A DNA stretch of 64,000 bases, from positions 592-64,591 of the forward strand of contig WTGI01000072.1 in NCBI GenBank assembly GCA_011523635.1, given 5' to 3'. A program made the translations under genes and the position numbers. Below are positions 21,523 to 31,644 of the stretch, one piece after another (the stretch's first letter is position 1; each line of letters begins with the position of its first letter). Origin of the DNA: Acidimicrobiia bacterium (GTDB lineage Bacteria > Actinomycetota > Acidimicrobiia > Spongiisociales > Spongiisociaceae). The notes under the pieces are model-generated. The model saw only the letters and a program-made list of their open reading frames with translations, ran no database searches and had not been told where the DNA came from.

Positions 21523-22632
21523 TCATCTAGCCAGTATTTTCCCCATGGCTGCGGGGGCGTCGGGATGGGTGCTGGCGTGGGGCGCAACCCGGAGCATCCC
21601 GTTCCGCTCAGTCAGAGCGAAGCCTGCCTCCACGAGCCGAGCGAAGGCATCCTCGGACGGCTCCCGGATGGGGGTGAAGCTGACGATGCCGCTGCGCTCG
21701 TCATCCCTCAGCCAGGGACTCAACACCTGGGCGCCCGCCTTGCGAGCCTCCTCTTCCACGGCCGCGGATCGGGCGATGACCGCCGCCTCCACATCTTCCA
21801 TCGCGACGGTCAGGAGCAGTCGCAGCGATTCGGCGAGGGCTGCGACCGCGGTGAAGCCCGCGCTCCCCATGACGAACCGGTCGGCGCCATCGAGGGGCGG
21901 ATGCGGGAACGGAGCGGCGGTGTCGAACGGATCCACGACACCGAGCCACCCGGTCATGGCGGGCCGGAGCCGTTCCAGAGCCCGCTCAGATACGGCGATC
22001 AGTCCGGCACCTCCCCCGGCTCGGAGCCACTTGTGGCCGCCCGCCACCATCACGTCCACACCCTCCATGTTGAACCGGAGGGCCCCCAGGCCCTGGACCG
22101 CGTCGACCACCAGGAGCGCCTCTCCGGCCGCCTCCCGGATGGCCATCAGGTCGCATCGGTAGCCGGTGCGGTAGTCGACGGAGCTGAGCGACACCGCCGT
22201 GGTGCCGGCGTCAACGGCCCGCGCCACCAGATCGGCCGTCAACCGGCCCTCCGGAACCGGAAACGTCCTCAGGTCGATGCGGCCGGCCTCAGCAGCCCGG
22301 ATCCAGGGGTACAGGTTGGCCGGGAACTCGGTCTCCGGCACCACCACCGACCCGCCGGCCAGGCCGAAGGCGACCGCGAAGAGACCCGCGGAGGTGCTGG
22401 GTACCAGGGTCACCTGCCTGGATGGGACGCCCACCAACCGGGCGCCGCGGCGGCGGGCCGTCTCGACCCGGTCCATAACGATCGGGACCAGCTTTCCCCG
22501 GCTGCCCGACATGGTGTCTGCCATCTCTTGGAGGCCGGCTCGGGCAGGGATCGACATGGTGCCGATCGAGGCGAAGTCCATGTAACCGAAGGGCTCGTCG
22601 AACTGATCGAGAAAAGACTGCGCAAGCGCCAT
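21523..22632 (-). CDS. class V (PLP-dependent) aminotransferase/desulfurase-like protein
   Basis: The ORF has 369 aa. The sequence is MDFASIGTMSIPARAGLQEM... with the PLP-lysine motif VMVAGGHKWLRAGGGAG. It is divergent from the AcnX pair. Confidence 0.8.
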   Translation of the reverse strand: MALAQSFLDQFDEPFGYMDFASIGTMSIPARAGLQEMADTMSGSRGKLVPIVMDRVETARRRGARLVGVPSRQVTLVPSTSAGLFAVAFGLAGGSVVVPETEFPANLYPWIRAAEAGRIDLRTFPVPEGRLTADLVARAVDAGTTAVSLSSVDYRTGYRCDLMAIREAAGEALLVVDAVQGLGALRFNMEGVDVMVAGGHKWLRAGGGAGLIAVSERALERLRPAMTGWLGVVDPFDTAAPFPHPPLDGADRFVMGSAGFTAVAALAESLRLLLTVAMEDVEAAVIARSAAVEEEARKAGAQVLSPWLRDDERSGIVSFTPIREPSEDAFARLVEAGFALTERNGMLRVAPHASTHPDAPAAMGKILAR

Positions 22633-22736
22633 TGACCGCCGAGGCTAGTGGCGACCGGGTCCACCGGAGCGCCCGGCGGGTCCCGGCCGGCCGGACCAAT
22701 ACAATCCCCGACCGGCGCCGACCACACTGGACGTAC

Positions 22737-23984
22737 ATGGATCCCTTCCTGGCCGACGAAGATCAGGCCATGCTGCGCGGCGAGGGCAGCGAGGCCCAGG
22801 CCCTCGCCATGCGCATCCTGGTGGGCATGGCCCGCGCCACCGGCGCCCGCCGGATGATCGACATCTCGGGCGCCCACATCGACGGCACGCTGTACCTCGG
22901 TCGGGCCAGCCTCGACTTCGCCACCCGGCTGCGGGACGGGGGTGGACGGGTGGCCGTACCCACCACCCTCAACGTCTCCTCGCTGGATCTGCTCCATCCC
23001 GATCTCTTCCGCGGGGACGACCCGACCCGGGAAGCCGCCCTGGCCATGACAAAGGCCTACCTCGACATGGGCGCCTCCCCCACCTGGACATGCGCCCCCT
23101 ACCAGCTGGCGGATCGCCCCGGCTACGGCGATCGCGTGGCCTGGGGCGAGTCGAACGCCATCGTGTTCGCCAACTCGGTGCTCGGCGCCCGGACACCCAG
23201 GTTCGGCGACTTCGCCGACATGGCCGCCGCCGTCACCGGACGGGCCCCGGAGTTCGGCCTCTACCTGGACAGGGACCGCCGCGCCCGCGTCCGGATCGAT
23301 GTCTCGGGGATTGCGGAGAGGGCGCGGCTCACCGACGAGTTCTTCGCCGTGCTGGGAATACTGGTGGGACGGGAGGCCGGATCCGAGGTTCCAGCCGTCA
23401 CCGGCATCGAGACGGCCACGGAGGACCAGCTCAAGGTACTGGGCGCGGGGGCGGCCACCTCGGGAGCGGTCGGCATGTTGCACGTGGTCGGGGTCACGCC
23501 CGAAGCTCCCACACTGGCGAGCGCCACCGGTGGTGTCTCACCACGCCTGGTGAGGGTCACCACGGATACGATCACCCGCGCCTACCAGGACCTGTCGAAC
23601 ACCGGTGCGGAGAACCTGCGCACGGTGAACCTGGGGACACCCCACTACTCGGCCCGCCAGATCGCCCGGCTCCAGGACCTGCTGGCCGGCCGCCGGATCC
23701 ACCCGGACGTGACGCTCTACGTGAACACGGGAAGGGACGTGCTGGCTTCGTCCTACGACATCGTGAAGCGCCTGGAGGAGGCCGGGGCGATGTTCGTGGT
23801 GGACACCTGCACCTACGTGACCTCGATCCTCCCCGCCGGTGCCGGCGTCGCCATGACCGACTCCGCCAAGTGGGCCTACTACGCGCCCGGCAACCTCGGC
23901 GTCGACGTGGTGTTCGGTTCAGCGTCCGACTGCGTGGAGTCGGCGGTCGCCGGCCGGGTGATCAGGGGGCGGCCGCCGTGGTGA
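22737..23984 (+). CDS. aconitase X large (catalytic, DUF521) subunit
   Basis: This lies in ORF 22632..23984(+), with ATG at 22737 (MDPFLADEDQAMLRGEGSEAQALAMRILV). The motifs are ISGAHIDG, WTCAPYQ, VAWGESNAIVFANSVLGARTPRFGDF, and VVDTCTYV. Confidence 0.85.
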   Translation: MDPFLADEDQAMLRGEGSEAQALAMRILVGMARATGARRMIDISGAHIDGTLYLGRASLDFATRLRDGGGRVAVPTTLNVSSLDLLHPDLFRGDDPTREAALAMTKAYLDMGASPTWTCAPYQLADRPGYGDRVAWGESNAIVFANSVLGARTPRFGDFADMAAAVTGRAPEFGLYLDRDRRARVRIDVSGIAERARLTDEFFAVLGILVGREAGSEVPAVTGIETATEDQLKVLGAGAATSGAVGMLHVVGVTPEAPTLASATGGVSPRLVRVTTDTITRAYQDLSNTGAENLRTVNLGTPHYSARQIARLQDLLAGRRIHPDVTLYVNTGRDVLASSYDIVKRLEEAGAMFVVDTCTYVTSILPAGAGVAMTDSAKWAYYAPGNLGVDVVFGSASDCVESAVAGRVIRGRPPW

Positions 23985-24391
23985 GCATCGCAGCGACACC
24001 CCTCGTTCCGGGTATTGCCGAGGGCCCGAGCCTGGTTCTCGACCAACCCCTGAGCTGGTGGGGAGGGATCGATCCCCGCGACGGAACCATCATCGACGCC
24101 CACCATCCCCAGCACGGGCAGCCGACAGCCGGCCGGGTTCTGATCCTTCCCGGCGGGCGGGGATCATCGGGCGGTTCCGCGGTACTGGCCGAGTCCGTGC
24201 GCCTCATGACCGCGCCCGCCGGGCTGGTGCTCGGGGATGTCGACCCCATCCTGGTGGTGGGGCTGATAGTGGCCGGGGAGCTATATCCGGACCGGAGTTG
24301 CCCGCTGGTGGTGGCCCGCGCAGGCTACGACCTGCTGGTCTCGGGCCGCACCACTCGAATCAGCATCGACGGAGGGATCGAGCAGTTCTGA
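23978..24391 (+). CDS. aconitase X small (swivel, DUF126) subunit
   Basis: This is the C-terminal part of ORF 23090..24391(+). GTG codons at 23978/23981 overlap the upstream TGA. The sequence is PLVPGIAEGPSLVLDQPLSWWGGIDPRDGTIIDAHHPQHGQPTAGRVLILPGGRGSSGGS. Confidence 0.85.
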   Translation: MVSIAATPLVPGIAEGPSLVLDQPLSWWGGIDPRDGTIIDAHHPQHGQPTAGRVLILPGGRGSSGGSAVLAESVRLMTAPAGLVLGDVDPILVVGLIVAGELYPDRSCPLVVARAGYDLLVSGRTTRISIDGGIEQF

Positions 24392-24412
24392 TCCCCGCTC
24401 CGGCAGACGATC

Positions 24413-24883
24413 TCAGCTACCGCGCGCCCGCGGCGCCCGGCGGGCCCGCTCCAGGACCCGGAAGGGGATCCGGAAGACCTCGTCATCCTCGACATAGATC
24501 GGAAAGGAGTAGCCGCCGGGCCTGGGGAACACCAGGTTGTTGAACGTGAAGGCCCGGGTCATCCCCATTTCGGCTCCGGGCAGACGCCTGACCGGTGGAC
24601 GGACCTGGACCGTGCGGGAGAACCGGGTGTTACCGAGGAGGCTCCGGCCGTCCTCGTTCATGAGGTCCACCGACAGCTTGAAGGAGTCCGCGAAGGGCCA
24701 GGGGACGCGCAGCCGGATTCCTACTCCTATCGAGGGATGGCGAGCCGGAAAGGACTCCACGTAGAGCAACTCCCAACCCCCACCCAGGATGTAAAGCTTG
24801 CCACCAACCGCCTGGACCGCGTCGGCCACCATGGCGAACTCCACAGTCGGCTTGGGATCGAGCGACGCCTCCAACGAATCCAT
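24413..24883 (-). CDS. hypothetical protein (156 aa)
   Basis: The ORF is clean, protein-like and beta-rich (VEFAMVADAVQAVGGKLYILGGGWELLYVESFPARHPSIGVGIRLRVPW...). I can name no family confidently. Confidence 0.6.
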   Translation of the reverse strand: MDSLEASLDPKPTVEFAMVADAVQAVGGKLYILGGGWELLYVESFPARHPSIGVGIRLRVPWPFADSFKLSVDLMNEDGRSLLGNTRFSRTVQVRPPVRRLPGAEMGMTRAFTFNNLVFPRPGGYSFPIYVEDDEVFRIPFRVLERARRAPRARGS

Positions 24884-24997
24884 CGCCTTCTACTCTAGAA
24901 CGGTGCTCAAGAGGTCCGTACAAATAGGTTTGCCAGCCGGTCCACAACTCTCGCACCAGATACCCGTTCACACCTGGCCGGCCGGATTCCGACGGGA

Positions 24998-25696
24998 GTG
25001 CTCCTCCTGGTCGTGAGCCGCTTCGCCCTCGGTCTGATACTGCTCATGGTCGCGTGTGGAGCGCCGGAACCGTCCATCGCTACCGACCCGTTCGATGCGA
25101 TCGCCCAGCTGCGCGGTCGGGTCTGCCATCAGGACATGGTCGGCTCAGCGGTGGTCATCGACCGGCACTACCTGGTGACGGCGGCGCACAACGTGGCCGG
25201 CTCGGAAGGCGGCCTGACCGTGACCTTCGAGGACGGCTCGGAGCATGCCGCCACGCTGGTCGGCATCGACTTCGATCGAGACCTGGCCCTGCTACGAGCG
25301 CCCTCCGTGGACCGGCCCATCCTCACCGTGGCCCGAGCCGTCGCCGGAGAGGATGGACGCCTGATCCGGCTCCGCGCCGGTCAGGAACGCGCCGAGGTCC
25401 TGTTCGCCGACGCCGACCTGATCGTCGCCGTGGGCCGCAACATCTACGACGAAGAGACCTCCGTACGCCGGGACAACGTCCGGGTTCGCGCCCACTCGGG
25501 GGCCGGTTACTCGGGTGGGCCGCTGCTCAACGATCACAACGAGATGATCGGAGTGGTCTATGCCTCCGCCCGGCTCGATGAGATGACCTACGCCACCGCT
25601 TCGCAGGAAATCGACATCTTCCTCGAGGCGATCGACTCCACCACCGAATCCCCCTCGGGACGCTGCCCGCGGGCCGGTCCGGGGGCCGACCGTTAG
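24998..25696 (+). CDS. secreted/lipoprotein trypsin-like (S1) serine protease
   Basis: The signal peptide has a lipobox-like LMVAC. The catalytic triad contexts are VTAAHNV, DRDLALL and GYSGGPLL. Confidence 0.8.
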   Translation: MLLLVVSRFALGLILLMVACGAPEPSIATDPFDAIAQLRGRVCHQDMVGSAVVIDRHYLVTAAHNVAGSEGGLTVTFEDGSEHAATLVGIDFDRDLALLRAPSVDRPILTVARAVAGEDGRLIRLRAGQERAEVLFADADLIVAVGRNIYDEETSVRRDNVRVRAHSGAGYSGGPLLNDHNEMIGVVYASARLDEMTYATASQEIDIFLEAIDSTTESPSGRCPRAGPGADR

Positions 25697-25708
25697 GATG
25701 GTCGGCGC

Positions 25709-26869
25709 GTGTCCACCCGCCTCCCGTCCGCCTACCGGCTCCCCCGGTTAATCCTTCTCTGCTACATCGCTTCTCTGGCTACGGGCATCGGCGTCATCTT
25801 CTCGCTCCTGGCCGTCATCCAGGACCGGTTCGGGTTTCCCACCTGGTCCTTGGGCCTGCTCGCCGGCATACCCTTCGCGATGACTCTGTTCGGCAACATC
25901 TGGCTGACCCCGCTGGCCGACCGGGGCTGGGAGCGGCGGCTCATCATGCTGGGATGCCTTCTCCTAGTTATGTCTCTGCTCTGGATGGTCTTCGCGGTGG
26001 AGCTCTGGCAGTGGGTTGCGGCGCGGGCGCTCATGGGCGTCGCGGAGGGGATCTCGGTGGGAGCGGCGCGCCGGGTGATGCTGAGCTGGACTCCGGACCG
26101 CCACGGACAGGCACTGAGCTCGCTGATGGTGGCGATGCTGGCCGGGATCCTGATCGGGCCCGTGCTCGGGGGGGTGCTGAACGAGTTCGGCCCAGCTCTG
26201 CCGTTCCTGGTACCCGCCGCGGCGGCAGTGGTAGTGCTGCTGGCCCTGCCGGCGGTCCGGCCCGGAGAGTTCGAGCGGCCGACCGTGAGGCTATCCCGAC
26301 GCAGCCTGACCGCCCTGCCCGGCTTCCTTTCCGGACTGCTGCTGGCGGCCTCGAACTGGCTCTACATCGGCGTCATCGACGCGATCTGGTCCCGGTACAT
26401 GACCGATCTCGGTGCCCGCCCCTGGCTGATAGGACTCGGATACCTGGTGATAGCCCTGCCCGCCATCGTGCTCACCCCGATCAGCGGCCGGCTCTCGGAC
26501 CGTGTGAACCCGATCCGGCTGGCCCTGGTGGCGGCGGTGATCGGACTCCCGCTCCTGGCCGGCTACGGGTTGGTGTCGGCGGTGTTCACCCTCCTTGTGG
26601 TAGGCGCACTTCACTCGGCCTGCTGGGCCTTCGTGACCCTCCCCGGTCAGGCCGCCGTGGCCAGGGCCGCGCCATCCAGCCAGGCCGCCGAAGCGCAGGG
26701 CCTCGTTGAGGCGTACGGGTTCGTTCTGGCGGCGGTCGGTGCCTTCGCCGCCGCGCCCCTCTACGAAGCCGCTGGACCCAGATCCCTCTTCCTGGTAACG
26801 ACCGCCGCGGTGGCGCTCACACCGCTGGTGGTGTTCCTGCGCCGGTCGAGGTGGCGCAACGCCTTCTGA
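25709..26869 (+). CDS. MFS transporter
   Basis: The ORF has 386 aa and about 12 hydrophobic spans. It carries an MFS motif-A-like loop (ADRGWERRLIMLG) and a repeat in the second half (SGRLSDRVNPIR). Confidence 0.8.
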   Translation: MSTRLPSAYRLPRLILLCYIASLATGIGVIFSLLAVIQDRFGFPTWSLGLLAGIPFAMTLFGNIWLTPLADRGWERRLIMLGCLLLVMSLLWMVFAVELWQWVAARALMGVAEGISVGAARRVMLSWTPDRHGQALSSLMVAMLAGILIGPVLGGVLNEFGPALPFLVPAAAAVVVLLALPAVRPGEFERPTVRLSRRSLTALPGFLSGLLLAASNWLYIGVIDAIWSRYMTDLGARPWLIGLGYLVIALPAIVLTPISGRLSDRVNPIRLALVAAVIGLPLLAGYGLVSAVFTLLVVGALHSACWAFVTLPGQAAVARAAPSSQAAEAQGLVEAYGFVLAAVGAFAAAPLYEAAGPRSLFLVTTAAVALTPLVVFLRRSRWRNAF

Positions 26870-26954
26870 AGGAGGCCGGTCACCGGGTGCAGGCGGTGCG
26901 GTATCCTCCCCGCTTCTGTTCGACGTAAGTGCCTGCGCGTCGAGGAAGGAAGAC

Positions 26955-27935
26955 TTGGGTTACCGGATCTGGTTCGAGCGGAGGGTGACGCCGGCACTGA
27001 TGCCGTTCGTGCCCCACTCCGTCGACATGCTGGGTCCGGGACGAGTTGACGACCCTCAGGCGGGAATCTCGACCGCCCAGGCCGCCATCGCCGCCCGGCT
27101 CGATTACGACGACACCCTCTTCGATCGGGCTCCCGAACTGCTGGGGGTGTTACGTACCGGTATCGGCTACGACGCCGTCGACCTGGAAGCCGCCACCCGT
27201 CGTGGCATCGCGGCCTGCAACGTCCCGCAGGGCCCGACCGTGCCCACTGCCGAGCACTCCGTGGCACTCCTCCTGGCCACCGCCAAGGAGCTCGTACGGT
27301 CGAGCGGCCGGCTCAGGGAGAGCACGGGCAACTACTACTCGAGGCACAGAGCGATGGAACTGGACGGGAAGACCCTGGGCCTGGTGGGATACGGGCGGAT
27401 CGCCCAAAGGGTCGGGACTGTCGGGCTTGCCCTGGGAATGGGAGTCCTGGCCCACGACCCTTACTTACCGGACGATGCGTTTCCGCCTGGTGTGGAGCGC
27501 GCGAGGACGCTGGAGGAACTCCTGGGCCGGAGCGATGCCGTCTCGGTCCATATCCCGATGAGCGCCGGCAACCACAGGATGTTCAACGCCGGTACCTTCG
27601 CTGCCATGAAGAAGGGGGCCTTGTTCGTGAACGCCGCCCGCGGAGGACTGGTCGACCACGATGCCCTGACCGAGGCCCTTGACAGCGGGCACCTGTCGGG
27701 TGCCGGGCTGGACGTCACCGACCCCGAGCCCCTCCACCCCGACCATCCGTTGCTCCACCGCACAGACGTGATAGTGACGCCCCACGTGGCCTCGGCTACC
27801 CCTGAGGCCCGGGAACGCATGTTCAGCATGGCCGTACGCCAGGCTCTCATGGTGCTGGACGGGCAACGACCGCCCCATCTCCTCAATCCGGACGCCTGGC
27901 CCGGCGTACTGGGCCGTCTCGGCGGCACCCGATGA
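26955..27935 (+). CDS. D-isomer-specific 2-hydroxyacid dehydrogenase (PGDH/glyoxylate reductase-like)
   Basis: The motifs are LGLVGYGRIAQRV (NAD site), NAARGGLVD, and TPHVASAT (catalytic His). The TTG start at 26955 is uncertain. Confidence 0.85.
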   Translation: MGYRIWFERRVTPALMPFVPHSVDMLGPGRVDDPQAGISTAQAAIAARLDYDDTLFDRAPELLGVLRTGIGYDAVDLEAATRRGIAACNVPQGPTVPTAEHSVALLLATAKELVRSSGRLRESTGNYYSRHRAMELDGKTLGLVGYGRIAQRVGTVGLALGMGVLAHDPYLPDDAFPPGVERARTLEELLGRSDAVSVHIPMSAGNHRMFNAGTFAAMKKGALFVNAARGGLVDHDALTEALDSGHLSGAGLDVTDPEPLHPDHPLLHRTDVIVTPHVASATPEARERMFSMAVRQALMVLDGQRPPHLLNPDAWPGVLGRLGGTR

Positions 27936-27954
27936 AGCGAAACCAGGAGGCGTA

Positions 27955-28758
27955 GTGGGACGATTCGGAGGCAAGGTCGCGCTGGTTACCGGTAGCACCC
28001 AGGGCCTGGGCGAGGCGATCGCTGTCCGGTTGGTGGACGAAGGCCTGGCGGGGCTGGTGGTGACCGGTCGGAACGAGGAGAGAGGTGCCGCGGTTGCCGC
28101 CCGCCTGAACGGCGCCGGGTGCCGCACGGTGTTCGCGGCCGCCGACCTGGCCGATCCCGCCGAGGTCGGCAACCTGATCGACATGACCGACCGGGAGTTC
28201 GGGCGGATCGACGTTCTGGTCAACGCGGCCGGCGACACGCAACGCGGCACGGTCGAGGACACCACCGTCGAGCTGTTCGATCACCTCATGGCGGTCAACC
28301 TCCGAGCCCCGTTCCTGCTGATGCAGGGCGCTATCCGCCTGATGCGCCGCGAGGGCATCGAAGGTTCGATCGTGAACATCGCCTCGGTGGCGGCCCACGG
28401 CGGTGGTCCCTACCTGACGATCTACTCCACCACCAAAGGCGCCCTGGTGACCCTCACCAAGAACGTCGCCAACTCGGTGCTCTGGGACCGGATCCGGGTC
28501 AACGTGCTGAACATCGGTTGGACGGACACCCCCGGCGAGCACGCCGTCAGGACCAGCTTCCATGGCGACGACCAGCGATGGCTCGAGAAGGCCGAGGCCG
28601 ACCAGCCCTTCGGGAGGCTTCTCAAGACCGCCGAGGTTGCCAGGGCGGTGGCGTTCCTCGCATCCGACGAGTCGGGCATGATGACCGGAGCGGCGGTCGA
28701 CTTCGGCCAGATCGTGGTCGGTTGCACTGCGGTCCAGCATCCGCCTCCCGACGACTGA
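27955..28758 (+). CDS. short-chain dehydrogenase/reductase (SDR)
   Basis: The motifs are KVALVTGSTQGLGEAIA (TGxxxGxG), NAAG, and S...YSTTKGAL (YxxxK). Confidence 0.88.
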   Translation: MGRFGGKVALVTGSTQGLGEAIAVRLVDEGLAGLVVTGRNEERGAAVAARLNGAGCRTVFAAADLADPAEVGNLIDMTDREFGRIDVLVNAAGDTQRGTVEDTTVELFDHLMAVNLRAPFLLMQGAIRLMRREGIEGSIVNIASVAAHGGGPYLTIYSTTKGALVTLTKNVANSVLWDRIRVNVLNIGWTDTPGEHAVRTSFHGDDQRWLEKAEADQPFGRLLKTAEVARAVAFLASDESGMMTGAAVDFGQIVVGCTAVQHPPPDD

Positions 28759-28789
28759 CGCGACCGGAGCATCCGGCCACAGGACCGTC

Positions 28790-29200
28790 CTACAGGCTGA
28801 AGAGTGGCGAACCGAGCTGCCAACCCATCGCGGCGCCACCCGCCGACAGCGCGAAGATCATCACGCCGGCGCCGGCCATGGAGACGTTCTTCATGAACAT
28901 GGCCATCTCGCGCTGCAGGTCGCTCCCCTCGTCCGTCCAGAAGTGGTGGACCAGCAACGCCGTGAGCAGGCAGTAGACGGCCAACCCGAGCGCGGCCAGG
29001 TCCATCCAGACGCCGAACAACACGCCCAGCCCGCCCGCGGCGATCAGCACACCCGAGAGCCGGATGACTATCCCGCCGGAGGGTGCGTCCCTCGACTCCG
29101 CATACCCGGAAGAACCCTCCGCGTCGGCCAGGTGTCCGATGCCGGCCCCGATGAAGACCAGCGAGAAGAGGATCCGGCCGATCAGTATCAATGCTTCCAT
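28790..29200 (-). CDS. DoxX-family membrane protein
   Basis: The ORF has 136 aa and four TM spans. The sequence MEALILIGRILFSLVFIGAGIGHL...LLTALLVHHFW...NVSMAGAGVM is typical of DoxX. Confidence 0.8.
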   Translation of the reverse strand: MEALILIGRILFSLVFIGAGIGHLADAEGSSGYAESRDAPSGGIVIRLSGVLIAAGGLGVLFGVWMDLAALGLAVYCLLTALLVHHFWTDEGSDLQREMAMFMKNVSMAGAGVMIFALSAGGAAMGWQLGSPLFSL

Positions 29201-29289
29201 CTGGAACCTCCTTCTCCGGATCCCGCGTTTCGATGCCGGTAAGCACGATAGAGGCCGAGCGGTACACTCGCCGGGGACGGAACCGGGGA

Positions 29290-30252
29290 ATGTCAGGCAG
29301 GATGGAGCGACCGCGAAGGGGTACGGCGACCTCGGCCTTCGGCTCGGGCCGGCGCGAGGGTCACGACTCCTCGGCCTTCTACGACCGCTTCCCGGCGCCC
29401 GGCATCTCCGATGACGACCGGGTGGTGCGGGCGCCGGGCTTCGACCAGCCCCGGGCCATCCTGGGCGACAGCCGCGACATGCACCACCTTCCCGAGAACT
29501 GCGTGGCCTTGGTGGTCACGTCACCTCCCTACTTCGTGGGGAAGGAGTACGAACAGGCGGTAGCCGGTCGCCGGGTGCCCGAGTCGTACATGGACTACCT
29601 GGGCCTACTGCGGGAGGTGTTCGCCGAATGCGTGCGGGTACTGGAACCGGGGGGGCGGATGGCCGTCAACGTGGCGAACCTGGGACGAAAGCCCTACCGG
29701 AGCCTCAGCGCGGACGTGACCGGCATCCTCCAGGACGATCTGGGCCTCCTGCTGAGAGGCGAGATCATCTGGACCAAGGCCAGGGGCGCGGGCGGATCCT
29801 GCGCGTGGGGATCGTGGTGCAGCCCCGCCAACCCGGTGCTCAGGGACCTGACCGAGCGGGTGGTGGTGGCCAGCAAGGGCCGGTTCGACCGTGCCCTATC
29901 ACGTGCTCAACGGCAGGCCGCCGGCCTTCCCCACCGACCCACGATCACCCGCGAGGAGTTCATGGAGGCGACGCTGGACGTCTGGGAGATCCCGCCCGCC
30001 CACGCCGGCCGGATCGGCCATCCCGCTCCCTTCCCCGAGAAGCTTCCGGCCCGGCTGATCCAGCTCTATACCTACGAGGACGACCTGTTGCTCGACCCGT
30101 TCATGGGTTCGGGAACCACCCTGGTGGCCGCAGCCGCCTCCAACCGCCGGGGCGTCGGCTACGACACCGATCCGGCCTATGTGGAGCTGGCCAGGACCCG
30201 CCTCGCCGACCTCGAGCAGCCGACTTCGCCACCGATCCCGACCTCCGGTTGA
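29290..30252 (+). CDS. beta-class DNA methyltransferase (N4-C/N6-A family; SPPY motif favours N4-cytosine)
   Basis: This lies in ORF 29191..30252(+). Motif IV is VVTSPPYF and sits N-terminal to motif I, DPFMGSGTTLVAA. HPAPFPEKLP is also present. The start is uncertain, with ATG at 29290 or 29302. No endonuclease gene is adjacent. Confidence 0.8.
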   Translation: MSGRMERPRRGTATSAFGSGRREGHDSSAFYDRFPAPGISDDDRVVRAPGFDQPRAILGDSRDMHHLPENCVALVVTSPPYFVGKEYEQAVAGRRVPESYMDYLGLLREVFAECVRVLEPGGRMAVNVANLGRKPYRSLSADVTGILQDDLGLLLRGEIIWTKARGAGGSCAWGSWCSPANPVLRDLTERVVVASKGRFDRALSRAQRQAAGLPHRPTITREEFMEATLDVWEIPPAHAGRIGHPAPFPEKLPARLIQLYTYEDDLLLDPFMGSGTTLVAAAASNRRGVGYDTDPAYVELARTRLADLEQPTSPPIPTSG

Positions 30253-30259
30253 ACGGTCC

Positions 30260-31177
30260 GTGGACCGTCGCCCGCTCTACGCCGCCACGGCATCCATCGT
30301 GGGATACAGCATCGGTCCCGTGCTGGTCCAGGTTTCGGGCGCGGCGGCGCCGGTTTTCGCGTTCTGGCGGGGCTGGCTCACGATCCTGGCCATCGTGGCC
30401 GGGTCGGCTGCGCTGCGGCGCTTCAGCTTGCGCTGGCCCAAGGGGCGGGAGTGGTGGCCACCCGTGGTGGCCGGCTGCCTGAACGGCGCATCGACGATGG
30501 CCTTCATCCAGGCCGTCAAGTTGACATCGGTGGCCGGCACATCGCTCATCCTCCTGCTCAATCCGGTGCTCATCGCGCTCTGGGCGATCCCCCTGTTCGG
30601 CGAGCGGCCCGGGATCCGGTTCCGCCTCTGGACGCTGGTGGCCGTGATCGGAGCTTCCGTGGTCGTTCTGGGCAGCTCGTCAGGACCGAGCGGACACCCG
30701 GGGGGCGTGGCGCTGGCTGTACTCTCCGTGCTGCTTCTCTCCACGCAGTTCGTGGTGACCAAGGTGGGCCGGAGGACGCTCGACACCGTCCCCCTGCACG
30801 TTGCCACGGTCTTTTCCGGCGCGGTCTTCGTGACCATGTTCGGTCTGGTGACCGGTCACGACTTCGGCGAGATAACCCGTACCGACTTCCTTTGCGTGCT
30901 CGGCGTGGTGGCCCTTCCCAGCACCACTAGCGCCTTGCTCCTGACCTGGTCCCTCCGCTGGCTTCCCGCCAACATCCCTCCCCTCATCCACCTGCCGATC
31001 CCGTTCTTCGCCGGTGCGATCGCGTGGGTGCTCCTGGGAGAGATGATGACCCTGAGCCACCTACTCGGCGGCGGCGTCACGGTGGTCGGTGTGGCGGCCG
31101 CCCTTCTCAGCCGATCAGGCCGGAGGTTGCTCGACGCCGGCTCCGTTCCCGGCCCACCCGCCGAACCGGCCCCCTAG
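30260..31177 (+). CDS. EamA/DMT-family transporter
   Basis: This lies in ORF 30179..31177(+). The GTG at 30260 falls just after the MTase stop. The protein has about 10 TM spans and is a two-EamA-repeat type. Confidence 0.75.
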   Translation: MDRRPLYAATASIVGYSIGPVLVQVSGAAAPVFAFWRGWLTILAIVAGSAALRRFSLRWPKGREWWPPVVAGCLNGASTMAFIQAVKLTSVAGTSLILLLNPVLIALWAIPLFGERPGIRFRLWTLVAVIGASVVVLGSSSGPSGHPGGVALAVLSVLLLSTQFVVTKVGRRTLDTVPLHVATVFSGAVFVTMFGLVTGHDFGEITRTDFLCVLGVVALPSTTSALLLTWSLRWLPANIPPLIHLPIPFFAGAIAWVLLGEMMTLSHLLGGGVTVVGVAAALLSRSGRRLLDAGSVPGPPAEPAP

Positions 31178-31200
31178 CCACCAACCGCGGTAAGCCGGAG

Positions 31201-31644
31201 CTACCCGTCCTCGCGAGGAGGACGTCTGAGGCGTTTGGTCGCGGACCGGCGCCGCTTGGCCTCAAGCCGCTTCCGGTGGGCTGACCGGCCGGGCTTGGTG
31301 GCTCGCCGGACCGGTGGCTCCGGCGCCAGGGCGCTGTCGAGCAACGCAGCCATCCGGCGCAGTGCCTCCTGGCGGTTCCGCCACTGCGAACGGTGCTCAT
31401 CCGCCACCACCCGTAGCGTTCCCGACACCATCCTCGCCCCCAGGCGACCCTCGATCCGCCGTTTCTCTCCGTCGGTGAAGGAGGGGGATCCGGTGATGGA
31501 CAGGGTGAGACCGACCCTCGTGTTCGAGCGGTTGGCGTGCTGGCCTCCCGGACCCGAAGCCGGACCGAAGTCCCATCGGAACTCCCGGGCCGGCACGACC
31601 GGACCGTGCCGGAGCCGCAGGTCACGTTTGGATTCCGCCGCCAT
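31201..31644 (-). CDS. arfB: alternative ribosome-rescue factor ArfB (peptidyl-tRNA hydrolase, RF-1 domain)
   Basis: This is the C-terminal 147 codons of ORF 31201..31986(-). It has the GGQ motif (SGPGGQHANRSNTRV) and a basic C-terminal tail (RKRLEAKRRRSATKRLRR). Confidence 0.85.
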   Translation of the reverse strand: MAAESKRDLRLRHGPVVPAREFRWDFGPASGPGGQHANRSNTRVGLTLSITGSPSFTDGEKRRIEGRLGARMVSGTLRVVADEHRSQWRNRQEALRRMAALLDSALAPEPPVRRATKPGRSAHRKRLEAKRRRSATKRLRRPPREDG